A DNA stretch of 16,624 nt from contig NW_021825104.1 in assembly GCF_006345805.1 (NCBI RefSeq), forward strand, positions 1-16,624, read 5' to 3'. The position numbers were made by a program, and so were the translations under genes. Numbering within the stretch: the stretch's first letter is position 1; each line of letters opens with the position of its first letter. This DNA is from Octopus sinensis. Its lineage: Eukaryota. Shown here piece by piece: positions 1 through 9,700 of this stretch. The notes beneath the pieces were generated by a model. That model was not told where the DNA came from, did no database searches, and saw only the letters and a program-made list of their open reading frames with translations.

Positions 1-65
1 ATGTATGTATGTACCTATGTATTTATGTTATTTGTTGTATGCATGCATTCATTTATGCATCTACC
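1..65. repeat. Degenerate (TATG)n microsatellite
   Basis: atgtatgtatgtacctatgtatttatg pattern, running off the window start. Confidence 0.75.
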
Positions 66-351
66 TATGTTTTCTTAGTAGTAATTTTTCGATTTTCTCG
101 CCAATAAAGAGACGGTTTCTAACCAAGGAAAAGCTTCTTTCATAGGAATTTATATATATAAACAGGATAATCTTGCATTTATTTATGCCTGTTTGTGTCT
201 TTCAACCTATTTATGCCCACATATTTATGTATGCATGCACATAGACATGAATCTAAGCAGGAATACATATGCGTATAAATATACACGTGTATACACAAGC
301 ATAAATCTATGCAAGCATTGTATGATTGCTTCCTGAATCTCTATATTACGA

Positions 352-353
<2 letters not shown>

Positions 354-397
<44 letters not shown>
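354..397. repeat. (TA)n microsatellite
   Basis: Perfect 44-bp TA run; source of the IYIY stretch in ORF 225..419. Confidence 0.97.
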
Positions 398-399
<2 letters not shown>

Positions 400-570
400 T
401 CGTTAGCCACTACACACATTTTTTCTCTCCTGTTTTTTTTCTTGTCCCTTTCTGTAGAAGAGCATAGGCTCGAAACGTAAAAGACTTTTTCTATTCCTGA
501 GCGTTATACTATACATCTGTTTGTTTTGTACACCACTGTCTTCGTCTTTTGTTTTTTCATAAACTGTCCC
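397..570 (+). mobile_element. Interspersed repeat copy 1, probably a Penelope-like element (PLE) terminal-repeat derivative with a hammerhead-like motif
   Basis: Near-identical second copy at 10530-10708 (agatcg.tagccactacacac...ctgtagaagagc.taggctcgaaa.gtaaaagac...cttcgtcttttg); both end in (TA)n. PLE assignment is inferred from the CTGtAGA-A-GAGC-loop-GCTC-GAAACGTA motif. Confidence 0.7.
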
Positions 571-712
571 TATATATATATATATATTATATTATATATA
601 TATATATAGTGTGTGTGGTGTGTGTGGTGTGTGTGTGTGCATGTATGTGTGCGTGTGCGTGTGTGTGCATACATACATACGTCAGCTTGTCTACATGTAT
701 GTATGTGCACTT
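571..712. repeat. (TA)/(TG)/(CATA)/(TATG) microsatellite mosaic
   Basis: Direct reading of the simple repeats; explains ORFs 549..737 and 611..823. Confidence 0.9.
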
Positions 713-744
713 ATTACATGCCAAACAATACTTTTAATGGATTG

Positions 745-1500
745 CAGCTGTAATTTCTTAATTAATCGTCTCTTCCTGGTATTGTGGAGTCCAGATTCTC
801 AAGATTGGTGCTGTGATAACTAGTTACATAGCCAAGTGCTCTAATTATTTCTAAGCATACATCACGGTGGAATAGTTGCAGATTTCTCATTAGCTCAGCA
901 TAGATGTTGCGATTAATTTTTCATAACTTCTTAACGTCTAAATCGGTGAGCTGGCAGAATGGTTAGCACGCCGCGCGACATGCTTTGCGGGATTTCGTCC
1001 GTCTTAACATTCAGAGTTCAAATTCCCCCGAGGTCGACTTTGCCTTTCATCCTTTCGGGGTCGATAAAATAAGTACCAGTTGAGCGCTGGAAATGATGTA
1101 ACGAACTTAATCCTACCTCGAAATTGCTGGCCTTGTGCCAAAATTAAAAATCAATATTGTCTTAACGTCTGCTGGACAACTAATTTAGCTTCTCGGTGCT
1201 ACAGCTGAGGAGGAGTTTCCATTCCTCCGTTTCCAGTCATGATGTCATGCCTGTTATCTCTACATTTCATTGAAGAGACGACAGGAACATTCCAACAGTA
1301 TTTTTTCAAATCATGTGTAATTATGCTTTCTCAATTACTATAACAACTGATATTCTTCTACCCTTAAGATATCCTTTCTATGGATTCTGTTCTATGACGC
1401 TCTAGATATGACATCTGAGAGGTAGATAATACTGCAATGACGTTTACCCAACATTTACTTATGATGTCATTGACATATCTTGGGAGTTTACCTGTGCCGC
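745..1500 (-). pseudogene. Decayed 3' end of an RLE-type non-LTR retrotransposon ORF (R4/NeSL group): zinc-knuckle and endonuclease region, interrupted by a SINE
   Basis: Minus-strand translation gives VNDIISKC, then after a frameshift YYLPLRCH (1414-1431 = YYLPLR). With the SINE and one TSD removed the frame reads ISCPADVKKL*KINRNIYAELMRNLQLFHRDVCLEIIRALGYVTSYHSTNLENL, matching the RLE signature (CPxD...K..Y..L......P++IGALG). Contains stops and frameshifts. Confidence 0.75.
940..1159 (+). mobile_element. tRNA-derived SINE family 1, tail type B, full length with 11-bp TSD
   Basis: Pol III A box TGGCAGAATGG (952-962), B box GTTCAAATTCC (1016-1026), core gaggtcgactttgcctttcatcctttcggggtcgataaaataagtaccag, tail ggccttgtgccaaaatt. 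TSD tcttaacgtct at 929-939 and 1160-1170. Confidence 0.95.
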
Positions 1501-1523
1501 TAACTTTCTTTGTGACTATAAGT

Positions 1524-1812
1524 ATGTATGTATGTATGTATGTATGTATGTATGTATGTATGTATGCATGCATGCATGCATGCATGCATATATGTATGTA
1601 TGTATGTATGTATGTATATATGCATGCATGCATGCATGTATGTATGTATGTATGTATGTATGTATGTAGGTATGTATGTATGTATGTATGTATGTAGTAT
1701 GTATGTATGTATGTATGTATGTAGGTAGGTATGTATGTATGTATGTACATATATATATATACATGTGAGTGAGTGCGTTTGTGTGTGTGTGTGTGTGCGT
1801 GTGTGTGTGTGT
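1524..1812. repeat. Long (TATG)n array with (CATG)n bursts, then (TA)n/(TG)n
   Basis: Direct reading; generates the YIHT/MYVC ORFs 1364..1937. Confidence 0.97.
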
Positions 1813-1816
1813 TTTA

Positions 1817-2098
1817 TGCCTTGTGAGTGGATTTGGTAGACGGAAACTGAAAGAAGCCTGTCGTATATATGCATATATATATATATATAAATATATGTAT
1901 GCGAGTGTGTGTTTGTCCCCCTAGCATTGCTTGACAACCGATGCTGGTGTGTTTACGTCCCCGTCACTTAGCGGTTCGGCAAAAGAGACCGATAGAATAA
2001 GTACTGGGCTTCCAAAGAATAAGTCCCGGGGTTGATTCGCTCGTATATAGGCGGTGCTCCAGCATGACCGCAGTCAAATGACTGAAACAAGTAAAAGA

Positions 2099-2107
<9 letters not shown>
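1817..2107 (+). mobile_element. tRNA-derived SINE family 2, 5'-truncated
   Basis: Matches the reverse complement of 9885-10150 (gccttgtgagtggatttggtagacggaaactgaaagaagcc...gaccgcagtcaaatgactgaaacaagtaaaagag). The tRNA head is absent; the tail runs into (GA)n. Confidence 0.92.

Positions 2108-2155
<48 letters not shown>
2104..2155. repeat. (GA)n microsatellite grown from the SINE tail
   Basis: Perfect GA run directly after gtaaaagag. Confidence 0.97.
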
Positions 2156-2157
<2 letters not shown>

Positions 2158-2293
2158 ATTACTCACTTTGGTAAAGAAAACACACAATGGCAGCCAGGAA
2201 AGTGATACGTTTTGAAAAAATGGGCAGACACAATAGGTTCCATCAGCAGAGAAGCACGAGAATCAGAATGAAAGTATGATATACTTCATTACT

Positions 2294-2512
2294 TATTTCT
2301 TTACTACCCACAATGGGCTACACACAGAGGGGACAAACAAGGACAGACAAACAGATTAAATCGACCCCAGTGCGTAACTGGTACTTATTTAATCGACCCC
2401 AAAAGGATGAAAGGCAAAGTCGACCTCGACGGAATGTGAACTCAGAACGTATCGACAGACGAAATACCGCTGAGCATTTCGCCCGGTGCGCTAACGGTTC
2501 TACCAGCTCGCC
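2294..2512 (-). mobile_element. tRNA-derived SINE family 1, tail type A, with 18-bp TSD
   Basis: Reverse complement gives cggcgagctggtagaaccgttagc...gagttcacattcc...gactttgcctttcatccttttggggtcga...ctgtccttgtttgtcccctctgtgt. TSD atgatatacttcattact at 2276-2293 and 2530-2547. Confidence 0.95.
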
Positions 2513-2796
2513 GATATACTTCATATATAATGATATACTTCATTACTGCGAGTGAATGACCTCTAGTCCTTGTTAGGTTATAATTCCAGGAGATGGAAAA
2601 CTGATGTAGCACTTGCGACTGTGTGGCAGCCAATCATGTTAATTAGTCGTTAATTTTGGTGTAACTGTCATCGTTGTTCGGAGAGAAGGATTGATTGTGT
2701 GCAAGGCCTCTCCTTACTTTAAAAAGGATCGTGCAAAGCATCGCTTCACGCACCGACATCGTCATATTATACTCAAGAATGAGGAATTGGCCATCA

Positions 2797-3000
2797 TGCA
2801 TGTTCGTATGTATATATGTATGTAGGTATGCATGCATGTGTGTGCATGCATGTGTGTATATATGCATGTATGTTTGTGTATATATTTATATATGTACGTA
2901 GTGCGTTTGTATGTTTGTGGATATATACGCACTATGTACAGGTGTATGTATGCATACATATGTTCATCTATGTCTCTGTCTGTCTGTCTGTCAAAGATAT
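2797..3000. repeat. TATG/CATG/TGTC microsatellite mosaic
   Basis: Direct reading of the simple repeats. Confidence 0.85.
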
Positions 3001-3139
3001 ACAAATTAGGCAGATCGATATACAAAGAATATTAAATACATTACAAACAAAAAAGTATATATGTTTACATACAAAAAGGTCCGACTTAGACAAAATAGAA
3101 ATGATATCAAGAATTAAAGGAGTTGGTTGAAGAAGAGTA

Positions 3140-3450
3140 TTACAAACCCAACAGCTGTTTCTGGGGGTTCAGTGGTCCAAAGTAATGTTTGTAGATTGAT
3201 TCCATCGTCGGATGATATGAGCCTCCGTCTTCAAGAAGAAATCTTACATTTGAGGTGTTAACAGAAAGGAGATTAAAGATACAAACACACACACTCAACA
3301 CAAAACCCGCGCGTGCACATCTGTATGTGTTTATGCATTGCATCGCAATGATGGAGTCATAAGAGTGTTGTGACATTATCGTATCTTGGACAGTTTTTAA
3401 GACGGCGAATCCCATCCCTTTCCAGGTTTTACACCAATCGTCTTCTTCCA
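3140..3450 (-). mobile_element. Probable Penelope-like element 3' fragment with a hammerhead-like relic
   Basis: Minus strand carries cCGACGA-tgg...cca-GAAAC-AGCT-GTT with a palindromic stem III (aacagctgtt, 3150-3159). No second copy in the window; family assignment and boundaries are inferred. Confidence 0.4.
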
Positions 3451-3495
3451 AATGAAAGAAAGACAAACCGGGAGACAAGCCGGGAGAAAGAGAAA

Positions 3496-3580
3496 AATCG
3501 ACCCCATTCTTTAACTGGTACTTTATTTATGGACCTATAAATATGAAAGTGAAATTTGGCCTCAGCGGGATTTGAACATA
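3496..3580 (-). mobile_element. Old degenerate fragment of SINE family 1 core
   Basis: aatcgacccc...aactggtact.tattt...atgaaagtgaaatttggcctcagcgggatttgaac aligns to the reverse complement of the core and B box. Confidence 0.7.
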
Positions 3581-3658
3581 GATTACACGCATAATCACAA
3601 AAAAATCCCCCGATGTTCTGAACATCGTTGCTATATATATATATATATGCCACGTTGC

Positions 3659-3689
<31 letters not shown>

Positions 3690-4225
3690 CATGAATATTG
3701 TTAAATCTTGTGTATTGTGGTGATATTACTATAACCATGCATACATTTATGTATGTTGCACGAGATTCTACACCCACACAAAAACAACTATTAGGCATTA
3801 ACAGCAAAATAAAACAAACTGTAATTGCATAAACACTATAACATGTTAGTTTTAAACAGAATTTGTTTCATTAGTTTCACCCTGTATTACGCAAAACTAT
3901 GAAAACATAATGATTCAACAGTAACACATTGTTTGGTTGAACAACAGTAACATTTAAACTGAGAATCAATATAAAATTACCTTTAATCATATAGTTTGGA
4001 AATCTGACACATAACTGGCGAAATATATTTGGGATTTAAAACATAGAATTTCTGATTCATATAGAATTGGGAGTCCTCTCCAGTTTACAATGATCCACAA
4101 GCAACATTGGGATACATGTTAACTTTCCTTATATTTGTAAAATAAGTTACTCTAGAACACGGATGAAATATAACATTCGTGTTCTAGAGTAATGTATTTT
4201 GCTTATGCGTGTATATCTGTGTAAA

Positions 4226-4330
4226 TGTATGTATGTATGTATGTATGTATGTATGTATGTATGTACTCTAGGAAATTATAATTAGTTTTGCATTGTCATC
4301 ATACATACATACATATACACACATACATAC
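4226..4330. repeat. (TATG)n and (CATA)n inverted microsatellite pair
   Basis: TATG run at 4226-4263; CATA run at about 4298-4330. Confidence 0.85.
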
Positions 4331-4439
4331 CCGCGAATAGAAATACATTTCCATACACATTCATATATAAATATACACACATACACCCAGACATATATCG
4401 AGTGGAGTAAAACCCTTCACGCATTGGCAAAATACTGTT

Positions 4440-4524
4440 ACTATTTTATATATATACATATATGTATGCATATACACACGCAGACATACTATATATATAC
4501 ACTGTATATGTATATATATATATA

Positions 4525-4566
<42 letters not shown>

Positions 4567-4800
4567 CACACATGCGCATAAATGTATGTAAATACATACA
4601 GACATATACACGTTTATATATATATATAAACTGTTCTTGGAGAAGGAGAAACGAAACGAAACGAATCGAATAGACGCGAGGGCGCTCAGTCATACAATAG
4701 TGTAAAAAATAAAATATATGCATACATACATACATACATATATGTACGTACCTACATCTACATGTATATATACATGCATATATAAATATATATACGTGAG
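4440..4800. repeat. TA/CA/TATG microsatellite mosaic
   Basis: Direct reading; explains ORF 4361..4813. Confidence 0.8.
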
Positions 4801-4929
4801 TACAGGACACCACAATTAGGCGTAGAACTCAACGAGAAACGAAAACGAAAAAACAAACGGACCTTTTTTTTAACAACGAAAGAACTGTGTATATGACAAA
4901 CTACACAAATTAAAATATCATAGATTTAA

Positions 4930-5135
4930 GCTTTAGCAATAAAACGATAACAACAATAAAGGCAACCACAACGACGAAAGCAAGATCACCAACAATTTCC
5001 AAAACACCCAAAATAACAATAAAAAAGTAAGGCAACAACGTGCAGCAACAACAAGAACCAGCACATCAACAAAAATGGCTTATGTCAAAACAACAGCAGG
5101 AAAATAACACCAACTGGAACAAAATCACCACCAAT
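4930..5135. repeat. Degenerate (CAA)n/(AAC)-rich low-complexity tract
   Basis: caacaa/aacaac units throughout; the poly-Q-like ORF 5040..5264 derives from it. Confidence 0.65.
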
Positions 5136-5519
5136 ATACAAATGGCTGCCTCGACGCCTCGACCTCTTCTTTCACACTCACACATACTCACACACACACA
5201 CATACACGCGCGCGCACGCGCTATTGTAATATATACAACATCACTCAGGATAGCCCAATTCTAATGGTGTTATGGAATTTTCGATCTTGCTTTCTTTATG
5301 TCTTTCGGTTTATATTGAAGCCTAAATGTTCCAATCTGGATTATGCGACTGAACTATAAATCTCTTCTTAGTTCGTTGACGTGCCATTTTACCGCTTTCA
5401 AAGTCTCGTTTAATTGTGAGAAAAAGCGAGACTGCTGCTCTTTTGGTGCAGGAAGTCATAGAAAGACATCAGGCTTGAATGGTGCTTTTGTTGGAGTTGA
5501 AGGTCAAGCAAATATATTA

Positions 5520-5687
5520 AGTGTGCGTGTGCGTGTATGCATGTGTGTGTCTATCTGTGTGTGTGTGCATATATGTATACATATATATATATATATATAC
5601 ATATATTATTCTATATATATGTATAGTTGTATGTACGTAAATATGTATACACATGTATATGTATATGTATACACACACACACACAAA

Positions 5688-5777
<90 letters not shown>

Positions 5778-6000
5778 TCAAAGACACATGCACACATACT
5801 AAATATAATATTTGTGTATGTGTGGGAATATATGTATGTACGCATATTTATGCTTATATGCTTATATATCTATATCTGCGCGTGTATATGTCTGTAACTT
5901 GTATGTATACATGTATGTGCATATACACATACATTTATGCATAAACATTTACGCAAACGCATATATAACACAGAATACACACACGCGCGCGCGTATATGA
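5520..6000. repeat. TG/TA/CA mosaic including a perfect (TA)40 at 5697-5776
   Basis: Direct reading of the simple repeats. Confidence 0.93.
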
Positions 6001-6002
6001 AC

Positions 6003-6320
6003 AGAAGGAGATGGGGGAGAGAGAGTGAGATAGAAAGAGAGAGAGAGAGAGAGTAGATGGAGGAAAAGAGGGTAACAGACAAAAAGAAATGAAATGAAAT
6101 GAAATATAGAAAGGCAGAGAATGGAAAGAGGAAGAGGAGAATGAGTGTAGTGGAGAAAGAGAAAGAGAAAGGGGAGAGAGAGGGAGAGAGAGAGAGAGGG
6201 AGAGAGAGAGGGGGTGAGAGAGAGGGAGAGAGAGAGAGGGAGACTGAGGCTGGAGAGGAAGAGCGAAAGAGTATGAGAGAGAGAGAGATACATGTGGGGA
6301 GAATGATAAAAAGAGAAAGA
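6003..6320. repeat. Long purine-rich (GA)n/(GGA) tract
   Basis: Strongly A/G-biased plus strand; source of the ER/SL ORFs. Confidence 0.9.
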
Positions 6321-6519
6321 AATATGGAAATGTGTATGAAAACGGAGAATCACCCCCACCTCTTCATTGCCCAGTTCCACCAACCCCGGCCCTTAAAATC
6401 GATATAATCGTATTTATTGAAAAAATTGACCTTTGGTAACCTTTCATTACCTCAGCTGACCTTTGTTCGTTTGAGTTCTTTGAAGTGGTTCAGACCAATA
6501 GAAAAGTGATTATACAAAG

Positions 6520-6615
6520 TGTAGTTTGTGTAGTTGTTGTAGCGGTGGTGTTAATAGTGATGCTGGTGGTTGTGCTAGTGTTTGAAATGATGGTGATGCT
6601 GTGGCGATGGTTGGG
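6520..6615. repeat. Degenerate (GTN/GAT)n trinucleotide tract
   Basis: gttgttgtagcggtggtgttaatagtgatgctggtggtt pattern. Confidence 0.7.
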
Positions 6616-6699
6616 TATTATTTAAGTTCGCCATTTTGCTTTCTGACCTAGCACGCTTACACTAACGTGCAAGCACGTACATACGCCTTTAAATATAGT

Positions 6700-6799
6700 C
6701 CCATACATAGACATAAACACACACATTTATATAAATGTGCACATATTTGTCCACATACATAAAAATGCATGCATATATATATATAATATGGATTTATAA

Positions 6800-6886
<87 letters not shown>

Positions 6887-7126
6887 CACACTTATGCCCC
6901 TTACATACATGCACATACACATATATGTGTATCTATATGTACAAGTACACATACGTATACATATGTACAATTACACATACACATGTACATAGGCACACAT
7001 ATATATTCCTACACACCCATACATATACACGAAAACACACACACACATCTATATATATTCATATAAGCATGAAATCATTCACACACATATACACCCACCC
7101 ACCCTCACGCACGCATAAATACATAC

Positions 7127-7177
<51 letters not shown>

Positions 7178-7225
7178 CATATACACTCACTCACACGTAT
7201 ATATCTACTTATGTATATACACTCT
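6700..7225. repeat. (TA)n-(TG)n-(CA)n microsatellite mosaic
   Basis: Direct reading; explains ORFs 6657..7227. Confidence 0.9.
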
Positions 7226-7569
7226 AGCACAAATTAATACTCATTGTTCGCATAATCTCTGGAACTCTGAACTCAAACTGAGAAGCCGTGTCTCTGTATT
7301 TGCGTCAAGTTTGAATTTAGTGACGAAGTTGAATAAATTCCAAGAAAAAAACAAACATGCATACAAAAGTGAAAAAGAAAGATATATAAATAAATAAATA
7401 AGTCCATCGTCAGCTTCTACGATCAGTATTGCAGTTGTTCAAAACACGGAGCTATCCAGTTACCTAGTAAACCTCAATGTGGTAAGAAAAATGTGGAAGA
7501 AACAATGCATCTATGGACCATTGAGGAAGATGGTACCATACCAATACCTAAAATAAACATTTGGTTATT

Positions 7570-8830
7570 ATAACTTGAACAGATTTTGAGCATTTGTTTG
7601 GGCCCAGGTCACGTCTGACTTAATAAGCAACTCTTTGGGAAGTATTTTAAGTCCTTTTAGGACAACATAGCTCATTCGTGTTGGAAGCTGTTGCTTACTG
7701 TCGGTATTAGTTGTCTGATATTACTTGGAGGAATTTGTCCCGTTACTGTTTGAATTTTATGTGGTCTTTTCCTTCTTTAATTTCATGCGAGATAATGTTG
7801 AATAAATCAAGACCAGCTGAAGTAAAAAAAAAAAAGAAGATATGTCGGAATGTTGTTTCATGATGTACACTCGGTTTTTGATGCGGGGTGTATGGTTCTG
7901 GGCCAACTCCTGGGTGTCATTTTAATGTGTTACCGATATTGCTTGGACTATATTGATGGCATATTTTCCACATTGTAGAAATGATGTAGCACACATGGTG
8001 GCGTTGGAATGAATAAGGTTTGAAGTTTTTGAGGTGATCCCATTAATCAAGACCCGGTATGCCGTTTATTTAGTTATTCTTTGTGATCGATCCCTGGGGG
8101 TGTTTCCAATTCCCATAATGTATTCTTTGCGATTAGAGGGCACTCATAGGCAGTAATATTCTAGGTGAGAAGAGAAAGAAATGGTGGCAGCAGGATCTCT
8201 AGCCAGGATTGTTCTAAGGATCTATTATCACACTCTGCGAGACACATTGTACACATTTACACCAAAAACTCTGATATTTGACACAACGAGATCTTCTGAA
8301 GGAGAAAAAATATCTGCTGAGGGCCGATTGAGTATATTTTCTTTTCCAAAATAGATGAGTATGGTTTTACTTGCTCATCAGATCTCAGTGAGATTTGTTC
8401 AGTCACATGACTTCTTTTTAGCTCAGAGTCATCTGCAAGGATTTGATGGCAACACACTACCCTGAAGGATACCACTAATTAATTTTGCTGGTTTTTAGCA
8501 AATTCCTTTGATTGCATGCTGAATTTGGCTTCTGTTTGTCAAGAAATATTTAATTCTTTGCAGAAGCTTTCCACAAACGCCGGTGCCGGATAATTTCTTC
8601 AGCAGAATTCTATGGTGAACTCTGTCGAAAGCTTTGCTAAATTCGAGAAAAAATGACATCTATGTTGGACCTTCTCCCCGAGCAATTAGGAGGCTATTCA
8701 AGTGTTGTAGAATCTGTATTAAGCGATCTTTGCCACCAGTAAAACCATGACAGTCTGGATGAAGATGATGTTTGTCTAGTTACGAGTTACTTCTAAGGGA
8801 AGGAGGTGAGTGAGATTGGACAGTAAGTCT
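7570..8830 (-). mobile_element. 5'-truncated, heavily decayed CR1/L2-group LINE (reverse transcriptase and C-terminal domain)
   Basis: Minus-strand motifs in the correct order: YCPISLTS (8802-8825; cf. NYRPISLTS), FSKAFDRVHHRILLKKLSG..GKLLQRIKYFLTNR, SGILQGSVL (8453-8476; cf. SGVPQGSVLGP), LADDSEL (cf. FADDTKL), GLD*WDHLKNFKPYSFQR (cf. GLNYWDRLKKLKLYSLQR), MWKIC, FTSAGLDLFNII. Many stops, frameshifts and internal deletions. Confidence 0.9.
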
Positions 8831-9085
8831 CTGCGAACGACGTATCTCTCATTGTACGTATATGTGTGTACAACATGGAGTACACTGTATTGTCGAAATA
8901 ACCCACAACTTTACTCTTGAAAGAAACAAACTGTTAAGTTATGTTGACTGCGTAATGTGTTAGTTAACAGTGACATTTTGTTTCTTTGTTGACAAGGTAA
9001 AACTAAGTTTAATACTTGTCGGTTAATACTTTGGGTCTGTCTGTTGCCTATTTGTCTACCCCCCCCCCACTTACATCTGTCTATC

Positions 9086-9296
9086 TATGGTCGGCTGAAA
9101 TGTTCATGGCTTTGGGTAAAAGAAAATACAGGAGGGTCAGTTAATTATGATTTTAGTGAACATATTCCCCTCTCAGATTCACACAGTGCAGCGGTCCTTC
9201 AGTTTTTTAAGCCCTGTAAAAGAACTCGGAAAGTTGGGTTTCCAGCCAGGTTTTTCGCAATACCGTTAAGGCCAGGAACTTTTCCGCACCTCTTCG

Positions 9297-9298
<2 letters not shown>
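9086..9298 (-). mobile_element. Mariner-derived MITE copy 1
   Basis: Imperfect TIRs (tatggtcggctgaaatgttcatggctt / aaggccaggaacttttccgcacctcttcgta) with TA ends. Minus strand encodes WLETQLSEF and [10 protein letters not shown], the mariner transposase C-terminus. Homologous to 14374-14570 and 14940-15056. Confidence 0.88.
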
Positions 9299-9375
<77 letters not shown>

Positions 9376-9482
9376 ATATCTATCTACCTGTCTGTCTGTC
9401 TGTATGTCTGCCTGTCTGTCTGTATGTCTGCCTGTCTGTCTGTATGTCTGTCTGTCTGTATGTATGTCTGTCTGTCTGTCTA
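9299..9482. repeat. (TATC)n followed by (TGTC/TATG)n
   Basis: Direct reading; begins at the MITE's terminal TA. Confidence 0.95.
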
Positions 9483-9535
9483 TTTAGTTAGGTAGCTAGC
9501 TAGAGAGGAAGACAATTCAAGACAATCACAAAAGT

Positions 9536-9700
9536 AATAATAACAACAACAACAACAACAACAAGAAAAACAACGATGACAGCATAGCCTTCGATCCATC
9601 CCTCAGTGCCAAACATTCGACCGACCTACTTCAACAACCACCACAACCACCACCCACGATCACCAGCTTCAAGACCAAGTGTAGCCAATACCAACAGCAG
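9536..9700. repeat. (CAA)n/(CAC)n low-complexity tract
   Basis: aacaacaacaac and caccaccac units. Confidence 0.65.

Noticed and set aside
95-150. Minus-strand ctatga...gaaaccgtc as a possible further hammerhead
   Set aside because: Core needs a deletion and stem II does not pair convincingly; over-fitting risk.
940-1030. tRNA-like A and B boxes here and in other SINE heads
   Set aside because: No cloverleaf or anticodon arm can be completed and each runs into the SINE body; not tRNA genes.
2643-2800. Non-repetitive island with short open frames
   Set aside because: No recognisable homology or convincing splice signals.
3461-3484. 12-bp tandem duplication agacaa(a/g)ccggg, and duplicated cgttgc(TA)n at 3626-3687
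   Set aside because: Ordinary slippage products with no wider structure.
4795-4890. Segment resembling the end of an interspersed repeat
   Set aside because: No second copy or diagnostic motif in the window; cannot be supported without a search.
5260-5520. Unique island at the start of ORF 5343..5897 with small hairpin gtctcg...cgagac
   Set aside because: Only about 60 non-repeat codons, no homology recognised, and the 6-bp stem is expected by chance.
6003-6320. Purine tract as a functional triplex/H-DNA element
   Set aside because: Structurally possible, but such GA tracts are common in repeat-rich genomes and nothing here indicates function.
225-7227. Many ORFs of 60-184 aa rich in YI, CV, HT or ER repeats (also 9044..9487, 10536..10823, 13264..14177, 15997..16504)
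   Set aside because: They are translations of stop-free microsatellites; no domain content.
7395-7572. About 59-codon open frame (IVSFYDQYCSCSKHGAIQLPSKPQCG...) with a gtaaga donor-like site
   Set aside because: Weak acceptor and no recognisable domain; unresolved rather than supported.
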